Of a stretch of 57,084 bases of DNA, positions 40,405-50,537 are shown piece after piece. Numbering within the stretch: position 1 is the first letter of the stretch; each line of letters begins with the position of its first letter. Under the pieces are notes generated by a model. The model searched no databases. It saw only the letters and a program-made list of their open reading frames with translations, and had not been told where the DNA came from. The stretch spans positions 1-57,084 of the forward strand of contig CAXXHG010000011.1 of the NCBI GenBank assembly GCA_963666315.2. The letters are read 5' to 3'. This stretch comes from Candidatus Binatia bacterium. GTDB lineage: Bacteria; Desulfobacterota; Binatia; Bin18. The position numbers were made by a program, and so were the translations under genes.

Positions 40405-42206
40405 AGTTCAGCCAACTCCTCTTCCAGTGCCTGCTGCTGGAACAATTCGGTATACACGCCACCGCGCGCCACCAGGGAGTCATGGCTGCCCATCTCAGCA
40501 ACGCGGCCGTCATCCAAGACGACGATCAAATCGGCATCGCGCACCGCGGACACGCGGTGCGAAATCAGTAACACCGTTTTTGCCTTGGTGCTCTTACGTA
40601 GGGCGTGCAGGGCGCCAAGGATGTCGCGCTCAGTTTTGGTATCAACGCTCGACAGCGCATCGTCCAGCACGACAATCGGCGTATCGGCAAGCAAGGCGCG
40701 CGACAGCGTCAACCGTTGTTTTTGTCCGCCGGACAACGTCATTCCGCGTTCACCAATAACGGTCTCATAACCCTTAGGGAAATCGTCAATCTCGCGGTCC
40801 ACACTGGCTAACCCTGCAGCCCGGCGCACCCCGTCGGCATCCACTTCGGGCAGCGCAAAGGCGATATTGTCTTGAATCCGGGTAGAAAACAGAAAGGGAT
40901 CTTGCGGCACAAACCCGATCCGCCGCCGTAGCGCCGCCAAGGAGAAACAGCGAATGTCTTGTCCATCGATCGTAATCGAACCGTTGGTCACATCAAACAG
41001 GCGCGGCAATAGGTTGACCAAAGTCGTTTTGCCCGATCCCATCCGGCCGACAATGGCAACCGTCTTACCGGCCGGGATAGTGAAATTGATATCGCGCAGA
41101 ATGGGCTTAGCCTTTTGCAGGCCGGCATAACCGGCATAACCGGATTGAGCAGCTTGATCAAACTGGCTAGTGCCGTTCACCGGGTAGGAAAAATCTACGT
41201 GATGAAAACCAATCTCGCCCCGAATGGTCTGATCTATGCCGTCTCCTTGGCCATCAACAATTTCGGGCTGCGTCTGCCAGATCGCGTCGAGACGCTGCAT
41301 GGCCGCCTGTCCGCGCTGAAAAATAGAAATGAGCCAGCCCATGGCCATGGTCGGCCAGGCCAGGAGATGCAGATAGCCCATAAACGCGACCAAGTCGCCC
41401 AGGCTGAGCTCTCCGGCAATAACCTGCGTCCCTCCGTACCACAGGACGACCAAGAGGCCCGTACCAGAGACACCTTTCATCAACGGCGGAAACAGGCTGC
41501 GGATGCGGGCAAGCGCAATGTTTTCTGCTTTGAAACGACTATTCAGAACGGCGAATTCGCCGTTCTGCCAGGCCTCACGCACATAGGCCCGAATCACATG
41601 TATGCCGCTGACGCTTTCCTGCACGCGGCTGGAGAGGTCGGCCAGACCGGCTTGCACGTTGAGCGTGCGTTCCATGAGTTGCCGACTCATCTTTTTTACC
41701 AGCATCAACATGAACGGATACGGAGCCAGGGCCAGCACCGTCAGCCACGGGTCCATGGCCAGCATGGCCGACATGGCATACACGTAATATAGGGGGGTAT
41801 TAAGAATATTGATGATGCCCAAGCCAAGCAGCAGTCGCACGGCGGTGATGTCGTTCACCAGGCGCGACATCAAATCGCCAACCGGCTGACGTTGGTAGTA
41901 ACTCAGCGAGAGCGTTTGCAGATGGGCGAACAGCTCGTTGCGGAGCTGATACTCAATATCGCGTCCAACGTTGAAAATGAGAAAGCGGGAAAAGGCTCGC
42001 ACAACGCACTGCACGGCGGCAATCCCAATGATCAGGAGAATAGTGCGCGCAATCTCGCTGAGCGGCCGCCCGTGTTCAATTCCCTCGACGGCGTGCTTGA
42101 GCAGCCAAGGGATGGACATTGCCAGGGTGGCAGTAATAACGAGACATGCGATACCTCGCAGATACCGGTACCGGTATTGATAAATATAGCCCCACAGCCT
42201 TTGCAT
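40401..42206 (-). CDS. ABC exporter permease/ATPase (heterodimer subunit A, MdlA/YheI-like; degenerate Walker B)
   Basis: TMD plus GRMGSGKT, LSGGQKQ, VLDDALS; stop overlaps next start. Confidence 0.93.
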   Translation of the reverse strand: MQRLWGYIYQYRYRYLRGIACLVITATLAMSIPWLLKHAVEGIEHGRPLSEIARTILLIIGIAAVQCVVRAFSRFLIFNVGRDIEYQLRNELFAHLQTLSLSYYQRQPVGDLMSRLVNDITAVRLLLGLGIINILNTPLYYVYAMSAMLAMDPWLTVLALAPYPFMLMLVKKMSRQLMERTLNVQAGLADLSSRVQESVSGIHVIRAYVREAWQNGEFAVLNSRFKAENIALARIRSLFPPLMKGVSGTGLLVVLWYGGTQVIAGELSLGDLVAFMGYLHLLAWPTMAMGWLISIFQRGQAAMQRLDAIWQTQPEIVDGQGDGIDQTIRGEIGFHHVDFSYPVNGTSQFDQAAQSGYAGYAGLQKAKPILRDINFTIPAGKTVAIVGRMGSGKTTLVNLLPRLFDVTNGSITIDGQDIRCFSLAALRRRIGFVPQDPFLFSTRIQDNIAFALPEVDADGVRRAAGLASVDREIDDFPKGYETVIGERGMTLSGGQKQRLTLSRALLADTPIVVLDDALSSVDTKTERDILGALHALRKSTKAKTVLLISHRVSAVRDADLIVVLDDGRVAEMGSHDSLVARGGVYTELFQQQALEEELAEL

Positions 42207-42220
42207 GCGTCAATTTCAGC

Positions 42221-43507
42221 TTATCGGGGGGCGTATTCCTCTGGCAAGTCCCTTTTTTCCGTCTCCGTGACAAAAGTTGTCAGGCGCAGCATCAGCCCAA
42301 CGGTTGCCCACCACACAATGGCCACCTCGGCATCACCAAAATTGTACTGCGTGAGCCCACTGATCAGGAAGCCGACCATGCCCAACCACCCGCCTAGGGC
42401 AAGACTCTTGAGCGGCTCGGTCTGTTGACCGGCATACGCACGCCAGCCGGCAATCAAGATAGCCCCACACAAGAAGAGAAACGCGGCCAGGCCTATTACT
42501 CCGGTATCGACCCACATCTGCAAAAAATTATTATGCGCGTGGGCATGCGTGTCCGCGTCCGGATAGCGCTCATAAAAAGGCGCGCGGAACTGTTTATAGT
42601 TCCCAAATCCCCAGCCTGTCAGCGGACGCTCCTTGATCATATCGGTATTGGCCAGCCAGATTTGGCTCCGGCCAATATTGGCTTGGGAATCAAACGTCGA
42701 GAGGAAGCGCTCACGCACCCCCTCCCCCGCACTCATAAGCAACAGACCGCATATAACGACTCCTCCAATCGCCCCCAATAAAGCCCGGCGGCCATGCACT
42801 ATCCCGCACAGGATAAGCACAAGTCCGTACGCGACCCACACCCCGCGGGTGAGCGAGAAAAAGAGGGCGAATAGCATCACTACCCAGCCCAGAATGAGGA
42901 GGAGCCAGGTGGATCTCGACACGTGAGGCGCGAGTCCCCACGCCGTCACCAGAGACAGGGGAAAGAGCAGATTATGCGCATAGGTAATCCCTGACGGATG
43001 TAACCCTTTCACGCGGTAGCCTTCCTCACGGCCAAACCAGAACGGATCGAGGTTAGACTCTTTGCCGACGAGCTGTTTGGCGAGATCGATCCCAGTGAAA
43101 TGTTGGACTATGCTATAGGCGGCGACAAGGACAGCTACCACAAGAGCAACGCGCAGGAGTTGCTCGGCCTCGCGCCGGTCTCGGACCAAGATATAGACGG
43201 CAAATCCTGCTCCTATCAACCACAGCTTGCGGTAGCCTATCAGCGACTGGAGGGGATCGGGGCTCAATACCGTCGATAACAGGAGTGCGCCGAAAAAGAA
43301 CAGTAACGGCCGATTAAGTGGAGTATGCGGAGTCCAGACCGGACGCCGCGTGCGCCACAGCGTATAGCCCAAACAGGCCAGGAGACAGCCCAGCGCGATT
43401 TGCTGGAAAGCGATGGGCAGGCTCAGAGTTGCAAAGAAAAGGAACAGCGCCCGCTTCCGGACCGGCTCCTCCCAACGCTGGACCCAATAATCAAATTGAT
43501 CAGTCAC
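42221..43507 (-). CDS. O-antigen ligase/Wzy_C family protein
   Basis: Multi-TM; FSLTRG, R..IW....MIKERPLTGWGFGNY, HAHNNFLQ. Confidence 0.9.
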   Translation of the reverse strand: MTDQFDYWVQRWEEPVRKRALFLFFATLSLPIAFQQIALGCLLACLGYTLWRTRRPVWTPHTPLNRPLLFFFGALLLSTVLSPDPLQSLIGYRKLWLIGAGFAVYILVRDRREAEQLLRVALVVAVLVAAYSIVQHFTGIDLAKQLVGKESNLDPFWFGREEGYRVKGLHPSGITYAHNLLFPLSLVTAWGLAPHVSRSTWLLLILGWVVMLFALFFSLTRGVWVAYGLVLILCGIVHGRRALLGAIGGVVICGLLLMSAGEGVRERFLSTFDSQANIGRSQIWLANTDMIKERPLTGWGFGNYKQFRAPFYERYPDADTHAHAHNNFLQMWVDTGVIGLAAFLFLCGAILIAGWRAYAGQQTEPLKSLALGGWLGMVGFLISGLTQYNFGDAEVAIVWWATVGLMLRLTTFVTETEKRDLPEEYAPR

Positions 43508-43529
43508 CCTTGCACCCTTGCACGCCTGC

Positions 43530-44999
43530 TTATAAGCCTCGTTTAGTCAGAATGACTTTGACTGTCTCCGTAAGCACCCGGACGTCCAGCCACAGCGAAT
43601 AGTTATAGATATAGGCGAGATCGTATTTGAGTTTATACTCTGGAGTCGTGTGGTATTCTCCATTGACTTGCGCCAGCCCGGTCAAACCGGGCTTGACCTG
43701 AAAACGCTCGGTATAGCCAGGAATAGTCTGCTGAAACTCGGACACAAATTCGGGCCGCTCGGGACGGGGTCCAACCATACTCATCGTGCCGTTCAAAATA
43801 TTGAGAAGTTGTGGAATCTCGTCTATCCGGGTGGCACGCAGAAAGCGCCCGATTGGAGTCACACGCGCGTCACCATACTCCGCCAGTACGGGCCCGGTCT
43901 GCGCTTCTGCATTATTGATCATAGTCCGCAGTTTATACAGCGTGAAAGTTTTCCCTTCCCTGCCGACCCGACGCTGCCGATACAATATCGGACCAGACGA
44001 CGAGAGCTTCACCAGGCTGGCAGCAATGCATAAGAGCGGCAAGCTGAGCCCCAACAACAGGCCAGCAAAGATCCGGTCAGCCACGCCTTTCAGCAGAAAC
44101 GCCATCTCCTCACGCGGATTTTTGAGGACCTCAACCAAGGGGACGTCATGTAACCGGAGCGAAGAAATGCGTCCAACCAGAATATCGTAGACTGAAGGCA
44201 CAACCAGTAAGCGGGGCCGTTCGGAGGCCCTCGTACTCACCGGAAAACGTAACAGGCGGTCCACAAAAGTATCCTTCCAACTCGTGGGAGACAGGAGGAT
44301 GGTTTCGTCGATCTCGACTTGTCCGATAATCTGGGGCAGGTCCTCGGTATCACCCAGCCACGGAATGCCGAGTTCTTGGGACGTTTGACAACCGGCGTCT
44401 GGCAACCCGACCAGCCCCACGATGTCTAAACTCGGAAACGGTCGCAGGTCCGTCAGACTGTCGAGAAACACGCGGACGTCCGCTACTGTTCCCACCAGAA
44501 GAACCCGCAGGGGACCGGACTGCCCTAAGCGATGGCTTGCCCACAGACGCAGCCCGACAACGCCAAGCGTGTTAAACATCCAAAAAATCACGAGTACGGA
44601 GCGGGGAAAAGACAAGTCACCGCGAAAGAAATACCAGGCTGCAGTTGCTACAAGCTGGACCCCCAGAGCGGCGGCCACCCGTGAAACGAGGCGGGCGCGT
44701 TGACTCAGCAGGGACAAATCATAAAAGCCGAAAAAATAGAGCAGGGCAATCTGAGTGCCTAGTAAAAACAGCCAGGGATGGCCGATCTCGCCAAAACGCG
44801 AGGCAGGCAAGAAGTCCACAGTCAGAGGGAACGCCAGGTAGACACGGAAAAAGAATGCACCAATATATGCTATGCTAACCCAGCCCAGATCGGCACAAAC
44901 CAGCGCCATCAGAACCGCCTGATCGTTGCGCCGCCTGCGCCCCCGGCCTTGGGCAGAGGGAGGGTGTCCGGGCGCATCGGACGGGACCGCCGGTTTCAC
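43530..44999 (-). CDS. Polyprenyl-phosphate glycosyl-1-phosphate (priming) transferase, WcaJ/WbaP-like
   Basis: GPILYRQRRVG, KLRTM, DARVTPIGRFLRATRIDEIPQ, MSMVGPRPE, KPGLTGLAQV. Confidence 0.93.
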   Translation of the reverse strand: MKPAVPSDAPGHPPSAQGRGRRRRNDQAVLMALVCADLGWVSIAYIGAFFFRVYLAFPLTVDFLPASRFGEIGHPWLFLLGTQIALLYFFGFYDLSLLSQRARLVSRVAAALGVQLVATAAWYFFRGDLSFPRSVLVIFWMFNTLGVVGLRLWASHRLGQSGPLRVLLVGTVADVRVFLDSLTDLRPFPSLDIVGLVGLPDAGCQTSQELGIPWLGDTEDLPQIIGQVEIDETILLSPTSWKDTFVDRLLRFPVSTRASERPRLLVVPSVYDILVGRISSLRLHDVPLVEVLKNPREEMAFLLKGVADRIFAGLLLGLSLPLLCIAASLVKLSSSGPILYRQRRVGREGKTFTLYKLRTMINNAEAQTGPVLAEYGDARVTPIGRFLRATRIDEIPQLLNILNGTMSMVGPRPERPEFVSEFQQTIPGYTERFQVKPGLTGLAQVNGEYHTTPEYKLKYDLAYIYNYSLWLDVRVLTETVKVILTKRGL

Positions 45000-45817
45000 A
45001 GCGCCTCACTCAGGTGACGCGACTTTGGGAATCGTGCGTACACCGTCTGACGGGAAAAGAGATATTTATGCTTCCAAAAATAATAGATAAGTCCCCCGAC
45101 ATGTTTCCAGCCAAGGCGTGTAAGCGCGGATCGTGCAACGCGCCGTTCTGCATGCGTCACACTGGCCTGGGGATGATACACCACCCGCCAGCCGGCCTGG
45201 TATATGCGGAGACACAAATCAATATCCTCAGGACCATAAAAGATGTTTTCGTCTAGCAGTCCCACTTCGGTGAGGGTAGTGCGCCGGATCATTTGGCACG
45301 CACCAATGACATAATCAACCGTGCGCGTCGTATCATGCGCCCAGTCCGCCAGCTCGGCTTTGCGAGCGGCTTGCCGCATCAGGGTCGAAGGGAAGCGCCG
45401 CCCTAATTTGTCCAGCACAGTCGGGAAAAGGCGACACGAGAGACATAATTGGCCGCCGGCATCAATAAGTTTTGGTCCACACAAACCAACGTCCGGCTGC
45501 GCATCAAGCAATCGAACCAGGTGATCTAAGGCAGTCGGATGGATAATCGTGTCATCATCCAAGATCAACACATACTCCCCGCGTGCCAAGCGCAGGCCTT
45601 GGTTCCGCGCCGGTGCAACACCACAGTTCCGGTCATTCTTCACCAGCTGGACCTGGGGAAATTGGTGGGTGATCATAGATACGGTCTCATCTTGTGAGCC
45701 GTTATCAATGACGATCACCTCGTGTGGAAAGGTCAGTCCGTTTGGGAGTGAGGCTAAACAACGCCCAACTTCCGGAACGGAATTCCACGTCAGAATGACG
45801 ACTGAGACTTTGATCAT
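44996..45817 (-). CDS. Glycosyltransferase family 2 (WbbL/rhamnosyltransferase-like)
   Basis: Start MIKVSVVILTWNS with ATGA overlap; IDNGSQD, ILDDD, YVIGACQM, EDIDLC. Confidence 0.9.
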   Translation of the reverse strand: MIKVSVVILTWNSVPEVGRCLASLPNGLTFPHEVIVIDNGSQDETVSMITHQFPQVQLVKNDRNCGVAPARNQGLRLARGEYVLILDDDTIIHPTALDHLVRLLDAQPDVGLCGPKLIDAGGQLCLSCRLFPTVLDKLGRRFPSTLMRQAARKAELADWAHDTTRTVDYVIGACQMIRRTTLTEVGLLDENIFYGPEDIDLCLRIYQAGWRVVYHPQASVTHAERRVARSALTRLGWKHVGGLIYYFWKHKYLFSRQTVYARFPKSRHLSEAL

Positions 45818-46821
45818 GGTGCAGACGACGACCAGCTCTTGGTTGAACGAAACGGCCGATACAGTGCATAAAAATTCGTACGTCGCAGGAGCGCCCAGGC
45901 CCACAATCGCGCCACGCACCGAATACCCAGGACCAGCACCACCAGCCCATATTCGCGTACGTGAATCTGACCCAAGAACTGGGACCACGGATATGCGGCA
46001 ATCGGTCCCTGGGTGAGCAATCCGTGATGCAGGCGGCGAATCTGTATTTTTCCGCCTTCCACACGTACCCGCTCGGCAAAATAATCGCGCCACGTTTGAG
46101 GCAGGACAAAGAAGACGCGCGCGCGCATTTCTTTGAAGACGTGCCGTTTTCCAACTGCAACCGTAAGCCAGGCGTCTTCCAAGAGCAAATCCTCTGGCAT
46201 CGGGCTTGTTAATGCGTCTGTGCGGATCAAAAAAAGCCGTCCGCCAGCATTGCCGAAGTTAAACCGATACGGCAGCGCACCCATACGACTCCACACGCTC
46301 GCGCCCTCTTCGAGCGTCGGCACTTCGCGCGCAGCAACAAGCTGAAGGCTCGGCTCCTGCTGGAGTCGTGCATACAGATGCGACACCGCTTCCGGTTCAA
46401 CGCGCACATCGGCATCACAGAAGAGGAGCGCCTCGCCTTGAGCCCACTGCCATAACGCGTTCATAGCTTTGGGCTTTCCCCGCCAGCTCGCCAACAGGAC
46501 GACACAGCTCGCCCCTTCAGCCCCCGGCTGCCCAGCCATCAGCTGCCGCTCTTGGGGCGGCCAGACATCGGCAGCAGAAAGGGAAAGTTCCTGAAGAGCA
46601 ATATTGGCGCGAGTACAAAAATCGCGCACGGCACGAAGCGGCGCTCCCTGTTGGTCCGGCTCGACCCCATTAATACAGATCACTATTTCTCGGACACAGC
46701 CGGACGGCAGCCGCGAGGATCCGCAGGCGGCAAGCAGGCTGTCCAACATAAGGTCCAAGCCGGGTTCATCTGCCCGACAGGGGATGACGACACTGATGCT
46801 GAGCCGTGGCTTATTCGTCAT
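45814..46821 (-). CDS. Glycosyltransferase family 2
   Basis: SVVIPC, GKPKAMN, LFCDADV, LLEDAWL. Confidence 0.82.
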   Translation of the reverse strand: MTNKPRLSISVVIPCRADEPGLDLMLDSLLAACGSSRLPSGCVREIVICINGVEPDQQGAPLRAVRDFCTRANIALQELSLSAADVWPPQERQLMAGQPGAEGASCVVLLASWRGKPKAMNALWQWAQGEALLFCDADVRVEPEAVSHLYARLQQEPSLQLVAAREVPTLEEGASVWSRMGALPYRFNFGNAGGRLFLIRTDALTSPMPEDLLLEDAWLTVAVGKRHVFKEMRARVFFVLPQTWRDYFAERVRVEGGKIQIRRLHHGLLTQGPIAAYPWSQFLGQIHVREYGLVVLVLGIRCVARLWAWALLRRTNFYALYRPFRSTKSWSSSAP

Positions 46822-46823
46822 AC

Positions 46824-47756
46824 TTATCGCTCATGCCTATCCCACCCAAAGCAGACCTTGGTCATATGCCAATAGCGTCGAGCCTCAGTCGTATGCGGCT
46901 CATCTCCGTGTTGTGCCCACAGCCAGTGGTAACTGCTTTTATATAAGAAAAGACTCCCTGCGAGAAGACGAAACCCCCACATCACCAGTCGTCCATAGTG
47001 CTTACACAAAAAAATCTGCTCTGCTCGAACGATCTCGCCCTCACGTTGCTCTGCCCAGCGCCGCGCACCACTGCGGTTGCCATGGTGGGTAACGGCTACC
47101 TCGGGAAAATACAACACCCCATAGCCGTGCTGTCGCATACGGTAACATAAGTCCATATCTTCGCTGTACAGATAATAATCCTCGTCGAATCCGGCCACTT
47201 CGTTGAGCGCAACTTGAGGACACAGGAGAAAGGCCCCTATCACCCAGTCCACCTCTTCCGTTTGACTGCCACTATAGAGGTTGTCTTGCCAGCCGGATTC
47301 CTGGTGTTGCGTGTCGAGCCCAATAGCAGAGCAATTCTGCCGAATCAGACGCGCCAAAGACAGAAAGCGACCACACGACGGCTGTACAGATCCATCACTG
47401 TTCAGCAGACGCACGCCAAGGACGCCAATAGTCGGCCGCCACTGGAGGGCTGAGAGTGCAGCGTCTAACGTCCCATCCGGAATAATCGTGTCCGGATTCA
47501 GAAACAGCACGTAGTCGCCCTGGGCAGCAGCGAGGCCCCGGTTTGCCGCCCGCGCAAAGCCGAGATTCGTCCCGGTTTGGATGAGACGAATGGTCGGGAA
47601 GAGGTGCGGTATCTGCTTCACACTGTCATCTGTTGAGGCATTATCGACCACAACCACTTCCATATCACCGGTGATGGGAGCAGACCTCAGGCTCTGGAGA
47701 CAACGGAGAATATCCTCCCCGCCGTTCCAATTCACAATAATGATGGAAAGGTCCAT
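46824..47756 (-). CDS. Glycosyltransferase family 2 (WbbL-like)
   Basis: MDLSIIIVNWN, VDNASTD, NLGFARAAN, FLNPD, WVIGAFL, YSEDMDLC. Confidence 0.92.
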   Translation of the reverse strand: MDLSIIIVNWNGGEDILRCLQSLRSAPITGDMEVVVVDNASTDDSVKQIPHLFPTIRLIQTGTNLGFARAANRGLAAAQGDYVLFLNPDTIIPDGTLDAALSALQWRPTIGVLGVRLLNSDGSVQPSCGRFLSLARLIRQNCSAIGLDTQHQESGWQDNLYSGSQTEEVDWVIGAFLLCPQVALNEVAGFDEDYYLYSEDMDLCYRMRQHGYGVLYFPEVAVTHHGNRSGARRWAEQREGEIVRAEQIFLCKHYGRLVMWGFRLLAGSLFLYKSSYHWLWAQHGDEPHTTEARRYWHMTKVCFGWDRHER

Positions 47757-47778
47757 GCGACGCCCTGTCTCAGCTCCC

Positions 47779-50430
47779 TCAATTCGCTGGACGCCAGCTA
47801 AAGTTGACCCGTTTAAGCTGTGGGGCGGTCTCTTGTCCGGATATGAGAAAAAATGCCGGTTCATTCGGCCCGATCTGAAAAGCGTTTTCAGGTACGAAAA
47901 GAGAAAACCGCTCTTTATCTTGTGGGCCGAGAAAAGACGGCATAACGTCTTGAATCGTGCCATTGATGGCGACTGCCAGGATGTCCTGCCCTGGTTGCCC
48001 TGCTGCTCGTTCGGCTCTGCCTGTCAGCGTTCCCGTTATATGGGCGGGCACAAAGCGTACGGGGGATTGCACGTCAAACCTCTGCTGTGTGGGATCCAGC
48101 CTTGCTCGGAGCGGGCTTACGCCAGTAATCGAGAGCTGCTGGACCGATCGGCCTACCAAGGCCTGATATCGGCTCCTAGCGAAAACCCGACTGCCCTGTT
48201 TCCCATTCCCCAACAGGGTCAGTTTCCGGGCAAGCGAAGACTGCAGCGAGGTGAGAGACGAGGGCAGCCCGTTGGAATTGGCCCGTTCGCTATCAGAGTC
48301 AAACATATCTGGAGGAAAGCCCTTTATTTGAGCAAGAAACGTGGGCGGCAGCCGCGGCTGCGGGAGCTGGCGACACGGTTCAGCGGGTGCTTCAAATGTC
48401 GGCAGCTGCGCAGGAACGCCCAGAGCAGGTCCTTCCTGCTGATACAGTTCGGACGCACGACGGCGAGAGGAAACCCCAAAAATTTGGAGCTGCAGTGGGC
48501 GCCCGAGTCCACCCCAGGGTAGCACATAGTGAAAACCAGCACGGAGGAGCGAGGGCGTGTGGTGTACACGCACAACGTCCGGACGGTCTATATTTGGCGC
48601 GTCCGCATGGATCAATTTCCCGTTCTCAAAGATTAGGATGTCGGCTGCCGGCTCTGCATGCCTCAGATCAGCCGCCCATCCGGCAATGACAAGCTGGTCT
48701 TCTTGCACCTCGATCTTATCGACGTGCCCCCTCACTGCCCGGGTTATGATCGGTATGGCAGCTTCATCAGAACAAATGATGGAAAAGGAAAAGATGGCGT
48801 GACCACCAGGCTGCCAGGTCGATTCGATGCCGAGCGTGTCAGCTATAGTCGGCACGATGTCAATAACACTGACACGGCGGTCACTGACCAGGCCATTTTT
48901 CTGAAAGGGCGCTTTGATAAAGAGTGGAACACGCAGAATATCAGCCGCATGCGAACCGCGTGCGACCCGCCGGCTCGCATTTGGCCAGAAACTGGCGCCG
49001 TGATCCGCCGTCACAACAATCAGCCCAGGATCATACAGCTGCACTTCTTGCAAACGCGTCATCAGCTTGCCGATCAGGCCATCAACAAATTCTACTTGAA
49101 GAAGATGCCGTTGATAGGCCTGAACAACGAGCGCTTCATTGTCCCCCCATTCCTCTATCTTGAGCGATAGACCAGGTATCTCCATACCAGACTGTGTATA
49201 GACAGTGCCTGAAGGAAAATATTTCCATGGGACATGCGGCAGAAGCGTATGCAGGACATGCAGCGTAGATGTATCTGTCGCTCCAATAGCTTCAATGAAT
49301 TTCCTAAAGACTGCCGCACGATGTGAGTAAAAGGTCCGCGCCTTCGCAGCCACAGTCTCCATATCCGGCTCCTGAGAAACCGGCAGAGCAGTCCCGGCGC
49401 TATCCCGCACAAAATCCTTCCACGTCTGGGTGACTGCAGGGAGCGCTGCGGCAAAATCATCGGGCAGGAGAAGATGCAGATACACAATGGAGAGGTCGCT
49501 CAGCATGGCCGTAAAGCGGTCTCCGAACGCCTGGTATTGCACAGGTTCCTGACAGATCGTGTTAGGACACAGCATGGTATGGGATTCCACTACGTGCATG
49601 TCATGTGTCCTGTGGAGCAAAGTAAAAATATTATGCGGATAATCGACGTACGTGGGCAGGGCGGTTGGCTTAGGGCCGGTTCCACTGAGAATGGCCGGCA
49701 CAGCAACAATGGTATCCCCACTGACGGTTACCGCATTCCGGAACCACGTCGCATCCTGTGCCAGTCTGGCAAAATGTGGATAGCGAACCGCATCAATCTG
49801 ATAGTCCTCGTCAAGCAGAGAGGTGAGCGGCAGTTCATCAAGCACCAGCACCACCACCGGAGTAGGATGGCCTGCCGGAGTCACGTCCTGCACGACTTGG
49901 GCGAGAGACTGCGCAGCGGTCGTATGCGGGAATACGAGCGGAGTAATGTCCGCACTCAGCACAAACACGACAGGGAACAGCACGATCGCCGGGGAGAGAA
50001 CAGTAAAAAATGACCGTACAGCCGAAAACGAAGCATAACAAACGGCTCCGGCAACACCGATTCCCCCCGCCAGCCCGAGCATGCCTCCGCCTGCCCCCCA
50101 CTTGAGCCAGAGGTGGGGCCCACTCGTCTTCAGCGCCAACAAACCCAAAAGTGTGAGCAGGCAGGCCACCTGCACCACGTGCAGCCATTTTTGGCTCTGT
50201 CGGTTCACCCCGCGCGCCATGATTTCAAGGCTCATGAGACCGGCCGGAATGACCAAACACAGAAGGCAGATCAGGCCAAACACATCAAGCACGCCCGCCT
50301 TACGCACGACAAAGAAAGCAGCGTGCCGATCTAACAGGTCAAACAGCGGTTGGGCAAAGACCAGGCTGCACAGTGTCCAGACATGCAACAAATCAAGCGA
50401 GAATTCGGTCCGCTGTTTCATCCCCACCAC
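47779..50430 (-). CDS. Membrane-anchored alkaline-phosphatase-superfamily (LtaS/sulfatase-like) transferase with C-terminal accessory domains
   Basis: About 5 N-terminal TMs; VLDEL, Thr-type site SGDTIVAVPAILSG, PHVPW, TADHG, VPLFIK, DIVPTI. Confidence 0.85.
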   Translation of the reverse strand: MVGMKQRTEFSLDLLHVWTLCSLVFAQPLFDLLDRHAAFFVVRKAGVLDVFGLICLLCLVIPAGLMSLEIMARGVNRQSQKWLHVVQVACLLTLLGLLALKTSGPHLWLKWGAGGGMLGLAGGIGVAGAVCYASFSAVRSFFTVLSPAIVLFPVVFVLSADITPLVFPHTTAAQSLAQVVQDVTPAGHPTPVVVLVLDELPLTSLLDEDYQIDAVRYPHFARLAQDATWFRNAVTVSGDTIVAVPAILSGTGPKPTALPTYVDYPHNIFTLLHRTHDMHVVESHTMLCPNTICQEPVQYQAFGDRFTAMLSDLSIVYLHLLLPDDFAAALPAVTQTWKDFVRDSAGTALPVSQEPDMETVAAKARTFYSHRAAVFRKFIEAIGATDTSTLHVLHTLLPHVPWKYFPSGTVYTQSGMEIPGLSLKIEEWGDNEALVVQAYQRHLLQVEFVDGLIGKLMTRLQEVQLYDPGLIVVTADHGASFWPNASRRVARGSHAADILRVPLFIKAPFQKNGLVSDRRVSVIDIVPTIADTLGIESTWQPGGHAIFSFSIICSDEAAIPIITRAVRGHVDKIEVQEDQLVIAGWAADLRHAEPAADILIFENGKLIHADAPNIDRPDVVRVHHTPSLLRAGFHYVLPWGGLGRPLQLQIFGVSSRRRASELYQQEGPALGVPAQLPTFEAPAEPCRQLPQPRLPPTFLAQIKGFPPDMFDSDSERANSNGLPSSLTSLQSSLARKLTLLGNGKQGSRVFARSRYQALVGRSVQQLSITGVSPLRARLDPTQQRFDVQSPVRFVPAHITGTLTGRAERAAGQPGQDILAVAINGTIQDVMPSFLGPQDKERFSLFVPENAFQIGPNEPAFFLISGQETAPQLKRVNFSWRPAN

Positions 50431-50537
50431 CTGCCGACCCGTGACTATCCGGCCGATCGGGTTCTGCGCTGCTCACGCCATCTGTTCGCCCAGCGAGAGA
50501 GGCTGTTATCCTTCAGATTCAGAACAATATGCTCTCG

